Positions 10,789 to 23,340 of a stretch of DNA of 64,000 nucleotides are shown here, one piece after another. Position 1 is the stretch's first letter; each line of letters begins with the position of its first letter. Under the pieces are notes generated by a model, which had not been told where the DNA came from, did not search any database, and saw only the letters and a program-made list of their open reading frames with translations. The stretch comes from the human T2T-CHM13v2.0 reference genome, Homo sapiens, in NCBI RefSeq assembly GCF_009914755.1, contig NC_060931.1; one strand, written 5' to 3'. The position numbers were made by a program, and so were the translations under genes.

Positions 10789-10933
10789 TCAAGTGGAATA
10801 CTGAAAATTAATGTTGCTTTTTAAGAGACTAGAACAAGAGCAAATCTTCCTTTCTAAATATGTACTCGTTAACGCATCCATTGTAAGCAACTGAAAAATT
10901 ACTTGTCCAGTAAGATCATGAGTAGGAGGCTTT
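10789..10933 (+). repeat. Copy A of an ~145-bp diverged direct repeat flanking WNT16 exon 3
   Basis: Aligns colinearly with 11393-11536 at roughly 80% identity by eye. Confidence 0.9.
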
Positions 10934-10993
10934 CTTCTGAACATAAACAGAAGTTGCCTGGTTCTCTAATTTAGCAATTTATATTTTTTCTAG

Positions 10994-11280
10994 GCACCAA
11001 AGAGACAGCATTTATTTATGCTGTGATGGCTGCAGGCCTGGTGCATTCTGTGACCAGGTCATGCAGTGCAGGCAACATGACAGAGTGTTCCTGTGACACC
11101 ACCTTGCAGAACGGCGGCTCAGCAAGTGAAGGCTGGCACTGGGGGGGCTGCTCCGATGATGTCCAGTATGGCATGTGGTTCAGCAGAAAGTTCCTAGATT
11201 TCCCCATCGGAAACACCACGGGCAAAGAAAACAAAGTACTATTAGCAATGAACCTACATAACAATGAAGCTGGAAGGCAG
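10994..11280 (+). CDS. WNT16: WNT16 exon 3
   Basis: TTTCTAG acceptor, GTATGT donor; [10 protein letters not shown]...WHWGGCSDD...[11 protein letters not shown] canonical Wnt motifs. Confidence 0.98.
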
Positions 11281-11392
11281 GTATGTATTAGAAAATGGAA
11301 TAATCAAAACCCAGTGCTGTTAGGTAAATAACTAGGATTACACATCTGCATGAAACTGTCCAAATGACTTAAAAACCAAACACTGGCAGCCC

Positions 11393-11536
11393 TCAAGTGG
11401 GATCCTGAAAATTAATATTGTTTTTAAAAGACTACAGCAATAGAAAATTATCCTTTCTAAATATGTATGCGTTAAAGCATCCATGGTAAGCAATTGAAAA
11501 ATTCCTTCTCTGGTAAGAGGATGAATAGGAGGCTTT
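11393..11536 (+). repeat. Copy B of the ~145-bp direct repeat flanking WNT16 exon 3
   Basis: Shares TCAAGTGG...CTGAAAATTAAT...TCCTTTCTAAATATGTA...GCATCCAT.GTAAGCAA...TAGGAGGCTTT with copy A. Confidence 0.9.
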
Positions 11537-14500
11537 GATTAGAATAAATATACGTGTGTGTGTGTGTGTGTATACACATTTGCACATATATTACAAATGT
11601 GTATTATACAAATATGTATATACCCTTTCATGAATATATACTAACCACAATTTTGGTTCTCTAACTGATATGAGTTAAACCGTGTTATAGCATGTGTTTG
11701 TGGTTGTATACTGTGTATATCTAAAACTTTGATATAATATAATAGATGCACAATGCCTGTAGGGTTCATTGGTTCTACCCGCTTAGTCGTGGAGTCAGAA
11801 TAGGGTCTACAGTATCTGCCTTTCTAATAGAACTGAGTCAAATTTCATTTCCCCCAATTTGAATTTTTATGATATTTTTTTAAATCGACTTTTTAGTGGG
11901 CAATGGCTCCTAAACATGTTGTCAGTTTTGTACTTACCTTTTTCTAGCAAACCTTCTTTGGTAATATGTGCCCTTAACTAATATTTTTTGTAAAGGAAAG
12001 TTTTTTTAGGGAAATAGTTATTTTATTATAAAGCAATGTAGGTTAATTTTTAAAATTCATAAATACTCCTAAGCATAAAGAAGCTATAGGTATATTAAAT
12101 CTATAGATATTTTAAAATATCAGTATCTTAAAGATACAGAGGTGGTACATTTGAAGAATTGCTATGTAATTACCATCCTTTATGAATTCTACATTTTTAT
12201 ACTGTTTTCTTAAAATGCATCATTCTTGTAGCTAAATTTGACTTATACATATTCACATTAGTGAATATTGACACAACAAAGTTTGAATTCTACAACATAG
12301 TTGACTTAGTTGGCAATTCATAGTGACTTTTCTAAAAAAGTCTAAATCTTTTATATGAATATATATTTTCTATGTTGTAATAAACTTTTTCAGGACAGAA
12401 ATATTAGCACATATCATATATTCTTGTAAATATTCAATAACTTATAAAGGTCCCAAAGTAATCATTGCAATCTGTCACATTCTTTTGAAATAAATAAAAC
12501 AAATTGCAATATCTCTTAGTAATCTTAAAAGTATATGTTGCGTTTGTTTTCCATTTTTGGAAAATGAATAAATGGAACGCATTTAGAATAGTTACAAGTT
12601 ACTCCCAGTTTTCTTTACTTTGTCCATTTAAAATACAAAAACAGAAAAGTCGGTAAATATATCACTGTAACACTTCAAATTCAAATTTTAATTTTAATTC
12701 AATTTAAATATTTAATTCAAAATAGCAAAATAGAAAGTAGGAATGTCAGTAAATAGCTATGTAAGCTTTTTGTATTTTTGTTTATAAAATTGTAAAAGTT
12801 ATTTTATTTCACTAGAATAACTCTTGCCCAACACCATAGTCATGCACATGCCTCTTAAGGTTTTACATTTAAAAAAATAAATGACTGAGATGTTGCTTCA
12901 ATTTAAATATTATCCAATAAGGGAATTTTTATTATTTCTAGCATATTAATTTTGAAAAGGTTAAATGTAATTAGGATATGTTCTTAAAACTCTAGAGTTA
13001 AACCTAGAGATAAGATTATTCAAATTAATATATTTTTAAAACAAGAAAACAAATAAACGAGTGTTTGTTATCAACAGACCTTAAATCTTCTTTGGCCATT
13101 CTTTAAGTAAATTTGGTAGAGATTTTTAATAAACTAGAAATTCAGAACACAAAAACTCACGTTATGATTGATTCTCTTAAATAAAATCATCTTGGGACTT
13201 ACAAAAAACCCTAAAGCATTCTAAAATATATTTTTATTAGTAACATTCGGCAGCTATTTGGTTTTATTTTATATTGTGTGTTTTTCAAATTAGGTAGTAA
13301 TGTTCCTCTCTGTAACTGTTAATGCTAATCTTAAACTATTATTTATATCCTGATTTTATTAAAAACATACTTCCTATTCACCATTAATTTAAATCCATTT
13401 TTATTGGCAAAAAATAATTTTCTAACATTACCTAGGTTCTTGCTATTATTCTAACTAGCTTGAAAACAATTCAATTTATGCATATATGTACATTTTGTGT
13501 AAATCTCTGAGTTTTCTCTCCTGAATCATTTTTTTCACATTGTTCATTTTTGGTTCACATTGTTTCACATTTAGATGAAATCTTAAAATATTAGAAAACA
13601 TTTTCCTGGTTATTTGGTAGGTACTATGCTGGTGTTTTTGTTGTTGTTTTTATTTTCTCTTGAGGTATTATAATTCAACAGAGTTTTGTATTTTTCTTTC
13701 TGTTGCTGGCAAAAAAACAAAAACAAAAACAAAACCAACAACACCATAAAAGAGGTTTCCTGGTTATTATCTAACATGGATGAGCAATCAACTCAATTTT
13801 TTCAACATTGGCAATTAGGATTTTAATCTAATAGGCATATTCTTCTGAATAAAATCCAGGTCTGTATTCAATTGAGTTGATTTTCTTAGCCTCAAAATCA
13901 CAAACTCAAAATGTAGGAAAGTGTTCAGAGAAATGTGGGTACTGGCGCTTAGTAGTACTGTGAGCAGGATAGATGATTTTCTAACCGCTAACCTTAAATA
14001 CTCTGATTCCCACTTGGTTTCTGACACCATTCCTAAACTTATGACTCCAAGAATAATGTTGCCGAATGATGATTGGCTAACGGAATGATGTGATGTCTTC
14101 CAGGGGCAGAACTTCTGGGAATAATGTGACTTGGAATATTTATGGGTATTTCTTTTGGTGTGCTTAAAATATTTCCATTCTTCCCATGTCCACCTCACAA
14201 ACTTTTAAGTTTCCCTACCCCATAATTTGTTTTATGATGAGTAACTCAACAAAGTGGGAAGGGCTCAATCCCAAATTTTCATTGACCTATTCCAAGAATA
14301 TTTATAAGTAGTTGAACAACACATAGTGTTTTGCTTTTCAGTAGGTTCGAATATATTTTTGGACAGAAAGGGACAAAACGGGTCAGAGGAACAGGAATCC
14401 TACATACACCCATCCAACCTCGTGTCGCAGTTTTTATAAAAACTTAGATCATCTGATAGTTGAGAAAATGAAATGTTAGTCACAAAACGTTCCACAACAA

Positions 14501-15302
14501 TTTTCTGGCCATTTTTGTAAAATTCGGACAACGTAATTTACTGAAAAACAATCGCCAACTGCCACATTACCTCTGAGTCAAAATTGTGGAACCAATCAGT
14601 TCTTAAACCACTTCTCAAGCGGTTTCTATGTTTACATTAAGTATTAATGATGCATCTTTCCTATTTCACTTCATTAGAAATTTATCAAACCAAAATTTAC
14701 ACAAGGAATCCAGTAGATTAAATGCTACCCTCCTGATTGCTCTGACATAGTTTAAAAATATTCCACCAAAATGTGCACATCTGTTTGCAATAGTTAACAA
14801 AACATTCCTCTGTTAATATCGTTATAAACCTTAACAACTCAACTAGAGTAGAGAAAGGAATTTTCTCATAACCACACAGCACTCATTCCTTTGCTATTCT
14901 CTTATGTTCCTGTTAACAGAAAATTATGGTGATATTGCTGTAATTCACAATGGCTATTTAACATTAATTAAGAATCCTGGAGGAAAATCTCCAGAATACA
15001 CTTTCTGGGGGAGTGTTCATGCAATTTCCTTAAATATACTTGCATTTTCCACTTTTATTTTTCCCTATTCTACTAAAATTATCCTGCTGCATATAAATAC
15101 CTTATATTATTTATCACCAGCTTTCCTTATGTAAGATAAACGTCTTAATCAGACTTTATTTTTCTGTAAAATTGAAATCATAAGTACCTGCTTATTAACT
15201 AGCTATTATGTGCAACAAATATCTTCCTCTAAAACTAAATCAGGTAAAATATTTATTAAAATATGCTCTGAGAAGCAGAATTCTAATTCTGTAGAATTAA
15301 AC

Positions 15303-15304
<2 letters not shown>

Positions 15305-15347
<43 letters not shown>
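15305..15347. repeat. (TG)n microsatellite, ~21 units
   Basis: Read directly from the sequence. Confidence 0.95.
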
Positions 15348-15349
<2 letters not shown>

Positions 15350-17469
15350 CTGTCCTTGAATTTTGCATTTCATCAGTCCTGAGTGGTGATTACACTGCTT
15401 TATTCTAATTCCAGATTGTCCAAGTTCTTTCCTTGGAATATTATGGGGGTATAATCTTTGAAATTCCAGGTCAGGTTATTGATATTTTTTTCCTTGAAGT
15501 TCATTTATCTTTCTGTCCTAGAATACAGTATATATATGCATATATATGTGTGTATATATGCCCATAGATATTCTAAGAATATGTATATACCTCTATAGAT
15601 GTTCGAGGATACAAAAATAATATGTATCATATATAATAAAGATATTATTTCTTTTATTATGTTTATTGTTAGGGACACTTACAATTCAAAGTTTAAATTG
15701 TCATCACTGAAAAATTATAAATTCCATGTATGTATTCAAAAGGGCTAATTTTCTAGGAGGGAAATCTTTCTATAATTTCAATACAAATTCAGCAGGTGAT
15801 GTAATTGAATTTGAAAATCAGTCTCTCTTTTTATCCTTCATCGTGTTGTAGTGCATAACTTTCATAGAGTAACACTATTGTGGACGGGGCTAAAACTGAG
15901 GAGTTGAAAGAGAGAGCCCAGCCGGCTCAAAACAATACCATTAACCTCTTAGCAGTGACATGTGTTTAAGAAGGTGGTTTTTATTACTCCCTCTTGATTC
16001 AGTTTACCAACAGAGGATGAGATAAAAGTGTTCAAGTGAGCTGGACCAATTACTCAATAAGTATTTGATGAGCGTCTACTTTGTCCCTCATGCTGTGCAA
16101 ATTGGCAACATCTTACATGATGTCTGAAGTGACTAATAAAAGAAAAAATCGGCTCCTCAGTCATGATCCAGGGGAGAAACAGCTTTAAGTCACTAAGTGA
16201 TGACTGTAAAGAAGGCTGATCAGCTTAAACATGGAAACATACATTGTTATGTTTTTAGTGTTCTTTGGACAGTTATGTTTTGTTATTACCCAGCACTGAT
16301 TGAGCTTTTTCTCGTAAACTTTGGGAGCTTAAAATTTGAACAAAGTAGGCAGATCACATTTATTTGCCTGGAAATGTTTTAAAGAATTGAGGGTTTTGTG
16401 AATATGAAATGCCATAAATTTAAAGAAATAAGCTTCTGTGACATACTTTATAAATTGCTGTCATATAATCGCAGGACACCTTTTGCCCTGGGTTAAGAAG
16501 AAATAGATACATCTATTAGTTTCTTAGTTTTGTGAATTCAAAAAAAGCAAATGTGCCATATGCACTACTAAGAAATATCAAGCATTGCATAAATCAATAC
16601 CATATGCTCTTATTTAAGGTTGCAAATGTTATTATTTGTGTGCAATATTGTCTCATTAGATAGTTCAGACATTTTTAAAATTTGTTTGAAAACATAACAT
16701 TCTGCAAACGTGTCAATGTCAGGTTTGGTACAAAACAGCAAAGTGTAGACCCCTGTCATTTTATTGTTTTCATAAGAATTGTAAGTGGAATTTAAACTGT
16801 GAGGTTTTTCCTTTCTTTGGTGAGATTACACACATAATTTCCAAGTTATTGAATGGATGGATCCATCTTTCATTTTACCCAGCATGTTGACAGAACGTCA
16901 ACTCCACAGCTAGCCCTGACGATTTATTAATCTGTTCTGCCATCGTCTGGGGATTGAAGGAAGCTATGCTGGCTAGCCTGGTATGTAAGAGATTAGAGCC
17001 CTAAACTTTTGAAATCTCTATATTGTTTTTGCACCCCTAGCCTTACTGGAAATGTTTATCTCAACTCTAACTGTACCTTCTTTTTCAGAGAAAGGGGCTT
17101 TTATTTAGACCTTAGTGTGTGTCAGGCAGTGGACTATTACAAATATATGTAGTTTCATTTAACTTCTTAGTCTGTTTAAACTGAACTTAGCACTTAGAAT
17201 TGAAAAAATTACATAAACATTATCCCCTTTGTATTTTCCATGCTAGGATAATGCTACTGATTCATCAAGGATAGGGCATGTGTTTTGAATTAATTTTCCA
17301 GAAAAGGAGAATTTGCTGGGGGGAGCCACCATACTGTAGCCCCTTCTCCTTTTGACCAACTAAACCAGATTTGTCATAGTTTCTCATGTGGCCTGGAACC
17401 AGGGGATAGCATAGTTCACCACCTCCACCCCTCCCTTTGTATGTGACTGACTTTTATAGTGATCAAACT

Positions 17470-17820
17470 TGAGAACTCTCAATTGAATCAATACGTCTCA
17501 TCCCTGGATGCTCATTAAAATAATCTCAGCGGCTTTGTGAAAGTACCATGGCCTGGACACCCCACCCCCTGCCCGACCAGTGAAATCAGAATCTGAGAGG
17601 TTTGAGCATTGGTTATTTGTAAAGTTCCATGATGTTTCTATGCACCATGAGAGCTAAGGGTAACTTCTCTCTCAGTGCTTCTCAAATTTTAATGACAATC
17701 TTGTTAAAAATGCAGCTTTTGGTTCTGTAGGTCTGGAGTGGGGCCTGAGAGTCTGCATATCTCACAAGTGATGCTGGTGTTGCTGGTCCCTGAGCTGTAT
17801 TCTGAGTAACGAGGTGTTGA
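17470..17820. mobile_element. MER5-like hAT-Charlie MITE remnants
   Basis: CAGTGCTTCTCAAA...GTAGGTCTGGAGTGGGGCCTGAGAGTCTGCAT...GATGCTGGTGTTGCTGGTCC and an adjacent GAAATCAGAATCTG motif. Confidence 0.65.
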
Positions 17821-18196
17821 ATGGTATCAGGAACATACAGGCATGCATAAGCATCCTACCACATTCAAAATTAGACCGGGGATTAGAAATAGAAGTAATT
17901 TCCTTTTGTTATCGCAGATAATCTCCAATAATATTAGTCTGGTCCACTACTTTAAGTACAGCTTGGAAAGCTTTGCTCTGAAGGGTCAAGAAATTTGGAC
18001 AAAACATTTGGGACAAAAACCAAAGGACGAAACATTTGAAGCCTACGCAATTTTAAAGATTATTTACGTTCAAAACCATCATTTTTATTCAAGAGGAAAT
18101 AGACCCAGAAAGTTAATTGATTAGATTAACTGTGCTTCTGTTGTTGAGTAAAACACTTTATGATTGATAGTTGAACACAATTACTGTTGGTTTCAG

Positions 18197-18661
18197 GCTG
18201 TCGCCAAGTTGATGTCAGTAGACTGCCGCTGCCACGGAGTTTCCGGCTCCTGTGCTGTGAAAACATGCTGGAAAACCATGTCTTCTTTTGAAAAGATTGG
18301 CCATTTGTTGAAGGATAAATATGAAAACAGTATCCAGATATCAGACAAAACAAAGAGGAAAATGCGCAGGAGAGAAAAAGATCAGAGGAAAATACCAATC
18401 CATAAGGATGATCTGCTCTATGTTAATAAGTCTCCCAACTACTGTGTAGAAGATAAGAAACTGGGAATCCCAGGGACACAAGGCAGAGAATGCAACCGTA
18501 CATCAGAGGGTGCAGATGGCTGCAACCTCCTCTGCTGTGGCCGAGGTTACAACACCCATGTGGTCAGGCACGTGGAGAGGTGTGAGTGTAAGTTCATCTG
18601 GTGCTGCTATGTCCGTTGCAGGAGGTGTGAAAGCATGACTGATGTCCACACTTGCAAGTAA
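18197..18661 (+). CDS. WNT16: WNT16 exon 4, coding part (C-terminal Wnt domain)
   Basis: TTTCAG acceptor; [10 protein letters not shown] (lipidated Ser motif), CCGRGYNT, C-terminal Cys hairpin; TAA at 18659-18661; codon 263 (18350-18352) = ACA Thr. Confidence 0.98.
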   Translation, partial: AVAKLMSVDCRCHGVSGSCAVKTCWKTMSSFEKIGHLLKDKYENSIQISDKTKRKMRRREKDQRKIPIHKDDLLYVNKSPNYCVEDKKLGIPGTQGRECNRTSEGADGCNLLCCGRGYNTHVVRHVERCECKFIWCCYVRCRRCESMTDVHTCK

Positions 18662-20420
18662 CCACTCCATCCAGCCTTGGGCAAGATGCCTCAGCAATAT
18701 ACAATGGCATTGCAACCAGAGAGGTGCCCATCCCTGTGCAGCGCTAGTAAAGTTGACTCTTGCAGTGGAATCCCTAGAACCTTGGACCTGAGAGTTTCCC
18801 TTACCTGATCGACATATTTTCCTTTATCTGATCAACCCATCAATCATGTGGATTTCTTGGGATTCTAATGTTGAAAAGGTTTATATTCACCTTTTGATGA
18901 TTTGGGGAATATATATTGACATACAAGGAAGATAATCTGTTTCCTAAGCAAGAAATAACAGGAAAGATCCCTTATGCCAGGAGGCCTGCCATACTCAGGA
19001 TAAGATCCTTGAATATGGAACTTAGTTACAGGACTCAATAATGGTGGGTGAACATTAGTCATTTTTAAAAGACACCTCTTATAGCAATAAGGAGACATTA
19101 ACATGAATCTCATTTATTCTCTCAGTATTTTAACTGAAGAAATTATACTGTTTGTGTGTGGATAGAAGATGTTGAAAAGTTAACATAAGCATTGGGTGCT
19201 GACTTACCCTTTCATGTACTTCCAAAGAAAGGTAATCAAAAAGAATCTTCTTAAGTGATATAATATCCCTAAAAAAATGATCATTACAGATGTTTAGTGA
19301 CAAAGAATCAATATGTAAAAAGTATAATGAATGATTTAGATTTTAAGTGCCTTTTCACTGGGAGAATCTGGAAAAACCTCCATAAGGTATATAGCAATCT
19401 TTGATCTTTAGATTCATACTTTTATCACAGATCAGTTTCAACTGTTAAAAACCCACCTCTGAGATACTGGGGGGAGGATCCTGAAACATGCGGGAAAAGG
19501 AGAGGTAAACAGTGGAGGTAAAAATATAATTTCATACATTGTAAAGAAAAGCACCCTTTAAATGTGTAAAGACAGTGTTTTGTAAAGAATTTTGTTTAAA
19601 AAGTTTCTATTTTGTAAATACAGTACTTAAGTTATATGATTTATATTAAAACATTTATTGACAAAGCCTAAGAGCTAAGGCAGTAAAATTATCTCATAAA
19701 TAATATTAGCTTATTTTTTTTCATACTATTAATGCTATTTTTTTGGACATCGAAGAGAATTTAACTTAGCAGTTAGTTATATGGATGTGTATTTCTTGCT
19801 AAAATGACAGTTTTATATGTTATAGATTAAAATATGTTGCAAAATATCAAAAATTTGTGTTATTTCAGCAGTAAGATTAATTGAATTCTCTTTTCACATT
19901 AGTTATGCTTAACTCATAAGGTTATTATAATAAATTATATTAGTAAAAGTCTTAACTGGAAAAAAGAATCTAAATCAGAATAGTGATCAATTTGTGGATT
20001 TGATATCCTGGATATTTATTATATTTTATGTAATGCTGCATTTCTATTTGAATGTTAAGTGGTCTTTCTTGTTTTTAATATTCATGCATGTATATTCATC
20101 ATATTTTACAAGGTTCCTGGTAAAAATTACAGGGCTCTATTTAAGGATGTATTTTAATGTAAATGCTTATGTTTTTTATGAATTGTTAAATATTTCAGTA
20201 TTATATAGAAAAAAATAGATTTTTAAAATTCAGAATGGACAAAGAGAATATTCATTTTCTTATTAATAAGATAAAGAAATGTTTCCCTGCCCCACAGTCT
20301 TCATTCTATTTCTCTTTAATTTTATTCACTGAGGCAGAGAAACAATTTTTGAAAAAGAGCAAACCCATGGAAAATGTCTCAGATCTAATATTAAAATCAA
20401 GACTAAGCATTTAACTGTGA
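18662..20420 (+). other. WNT16: WNT16 3'UTR (AU-rich)
   Basis: Follows the stop codon; candidate poly(A) signals AATAAA 19929-19934 and ATTAAA 20390-20395; 3' end approximate. Confidence 0.7.
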
Positions 20421-20903
20421 TTGTAAAGTTTGACAAAGTTATTATTTACTAAATGAGAGACACAGAAATGGCAAATATATGAATATAGTGCATATTTAAA
20501 AGTGGTTTTCCAGTCTTTAGCATCCCTTGAACAGAATAATCTGAAAATATACACTCTCTCCTGCCTATTTTTTTCAAAGTAAATCTATTTTGTCTTCTTT
20601 GAACATAATCACCCATTTTTAAAAAACAGAAAGACTGTAGTGTCTATTAACAACCAATTTCTTCTATTAATTAGAAAACCTTTCATAATTACCTTATCAA
20701 CTGACTGTGAGAATCAGGCAGCCTCTAATTTACAAAGACTTGATTACTGTTCAGCCATTCCTTTAAAACAGTGATGCTAACTCAGGCACCTCTCTCTGGG
20801 ATGCCTAAGCAAAAACTCCTCCTAACTCCAAACCTGTGTCTTTGGGTTCTTCTTTTCTTCTCACCTTTGGTATCACCATGGAAGCCATCCTTAAGTTTCT
20901 CAC

Positions 20904-21240
<337 letters not shown>

Positions 21241-21364
21241 TAGCCCATTTCCATCCCACTCCCAGTCATGGTAGAGGAAGCACCATGGTGCTCCTGGGAA
21301 CACAATTCTGGGACCCAAAGGCTCCTATCTAGTCTAAACCACATTGCCTGCATTCATTAGGGCC

Positions 21365-22040
21365 CCTTATGTTGCAAGTAATGGAAAACTCAACCCAGAC
21401 TGATTTAAACATTAAATATGTTGACTCAGTAACTAAAAACTTCAAACTTGTGACTGGTTCAGGGGAAGCTTGATCCACAAGCTCACACCATGTTCCCTGG
21501 GCTCAGGTCTCTCTATTACTTTAGGCTGGCTACTGGCCAAGTCTTCTACTTCAGGGTTCATGCAGTGCTGTGTCCTAACCTCTTTCAAAGTCTCCCACCC
21601 CTAGCATCTCTGGGATCTCTACTTTTCTTAGCAACATGGCTGCCATGCTTCCAGACCTCACATTCTCCTACCTGCCACTCATTCTAAGGAAAGAGGGGTC
21701 CCATCCTCAAGAAAGAGAGGTTCTCTCCTGGTTTGCTCACACAGATGGAAAGAAAACCTTTTCTTTCTCAGAGGATTCAGCAAAGGTCTTCTGAGTCTCA
21801 GTGGTTCTAATTGATTAAATGTGCCTCTCTCTGAAAAAATCACCATGACCATTGGGAGTTTTGGGTGAGCCATAGGTACATTGAACCATCTTAAGGCCAT
21901 CATGACCCTGGAAGTGGAAGTGGGATTCCCTGGAACTAAAATTACACAGCGTGAGAACAGAGACGGGGGTGGTTTCCCTAAAGGAAAACCAGGGTGTTAT
22001 GTTACTGGTAAGGAGTACCTGGACGCTGGGCAGCAAAGAC
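21365..22040. mobile_element. Old MaLR (MLT1-like) LTR remnant
   Basis: GTTGCAAGTAATGGAAACTCAACCCAGACTGATTTAAAC resembles MLT1 termini; highly diverged. Confidence 0.45.
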
Positions 22041-23109
22041 ATTATATGCCTTAGTTCTAGTGAGCTGTTTAGGAAACAGCTTTTGATATTACATGGAGCT
22101 CACAACAGACAAAGCAAGCCCTAAGCACTGTGGATTATGAATGTGGGTTCAAAGTGCTTTGATTTGTTTAAATACCTTGCATAATGTTAAAGGGCGAAGG
22201 GAGGTGCTCCAGTGGATTATTTTTCAATTTAGGAGTTCAAATTCTTTGTAAATTTGGAACTGCCTAATAAAGGCAATGGTAAGAGGCAATGATTCATCCT
22301 GAAACAAAGTCAAGAAAAACATATTAAATGATATTATCTGTAACATCTGGATTAGGAAGTTGAATAATTAAGGCATTTTCCTGATAATGGTACTTTACAC
22401 AACATTAACAACATGTTAATTCTTTTTAGTATAAACAACTGCATTATTTCTTTATTCACAATTCGGATGATAGTCATTTTGTTTTCTATTTTAAGAGACT
22501 ATGATAATTATATTAAAAATAACAACAAAATTTTAATTTTACACATTAGATGCTGTGACCTTATGTTTTGGCAGCTTTAAAACTATGTGATATGCACAGT
22601 AAGTATTTTAAAACACATTTTAATTTTCTCCAGGACTGTTAGTACTAATATGATATTTGTACTTAGTTTAAATATTTGTACTAAGTTTATTTGTACTAAG
22701 TTTAAATACGTAGTAGAAACAGAAAAGCGTCTCATCAAAATACTTATTTCTAGGCAATTTAGTGAGTTGCTCATCCTTTTTGCATCACCTCCCAAAGGTC
22801 ATCAAAGATTGAGAAATTCGACTCACTATTTAGAGGCAGGAAGTGATCTGGAACACTGATTACCTTAGGTGATTTGAGGGAAGAAAAATTTGAATCCTAT
22901 CTTCAGAAACCTCAAATACTCCTCAAGACAAGCCTTTCTTAAAGAAAGTTGGCTAAGATGTCTCCTTTTTGAAATTAATTTAAATTTTACTATAGACCAG
23001 ATGTGATAAATCATGACATTTCTTGGGGGCAAGATGATGACACGTGGCACAGCATGACAAGGGACACAGTGATACACAAGGAAAGGACTAATTTACTTTG
23101 AAAGAATAA

Positions 23110-23340
23110 ATAATATTAGCAAATACCTCCATAGCACTTAGTATATACCCGTATTAGTCTAAGTAAAAAATATATAGAGAGATACATATAAAAATTCAAT
23201 CTTCACAACAACCTCGTAAAGTAGGTACATTATTGTAGTTTTCGTTTTACAGCTGAGGAAACTGAGACACACAGTAAGTTCCCAGCCCAAGGTCACACAG
23301 AAGGAACTGGCTTCAATGTCTGTGCCCTTAACTACCACAT
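23110..23340 (+). mobile_element. MIR
   Basis: AATCTTCACAACAACC...TTTTACAGCTGAGGAAACTGAGAC...CCCAAGGTCACACAG core. Confidence 0.8.
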
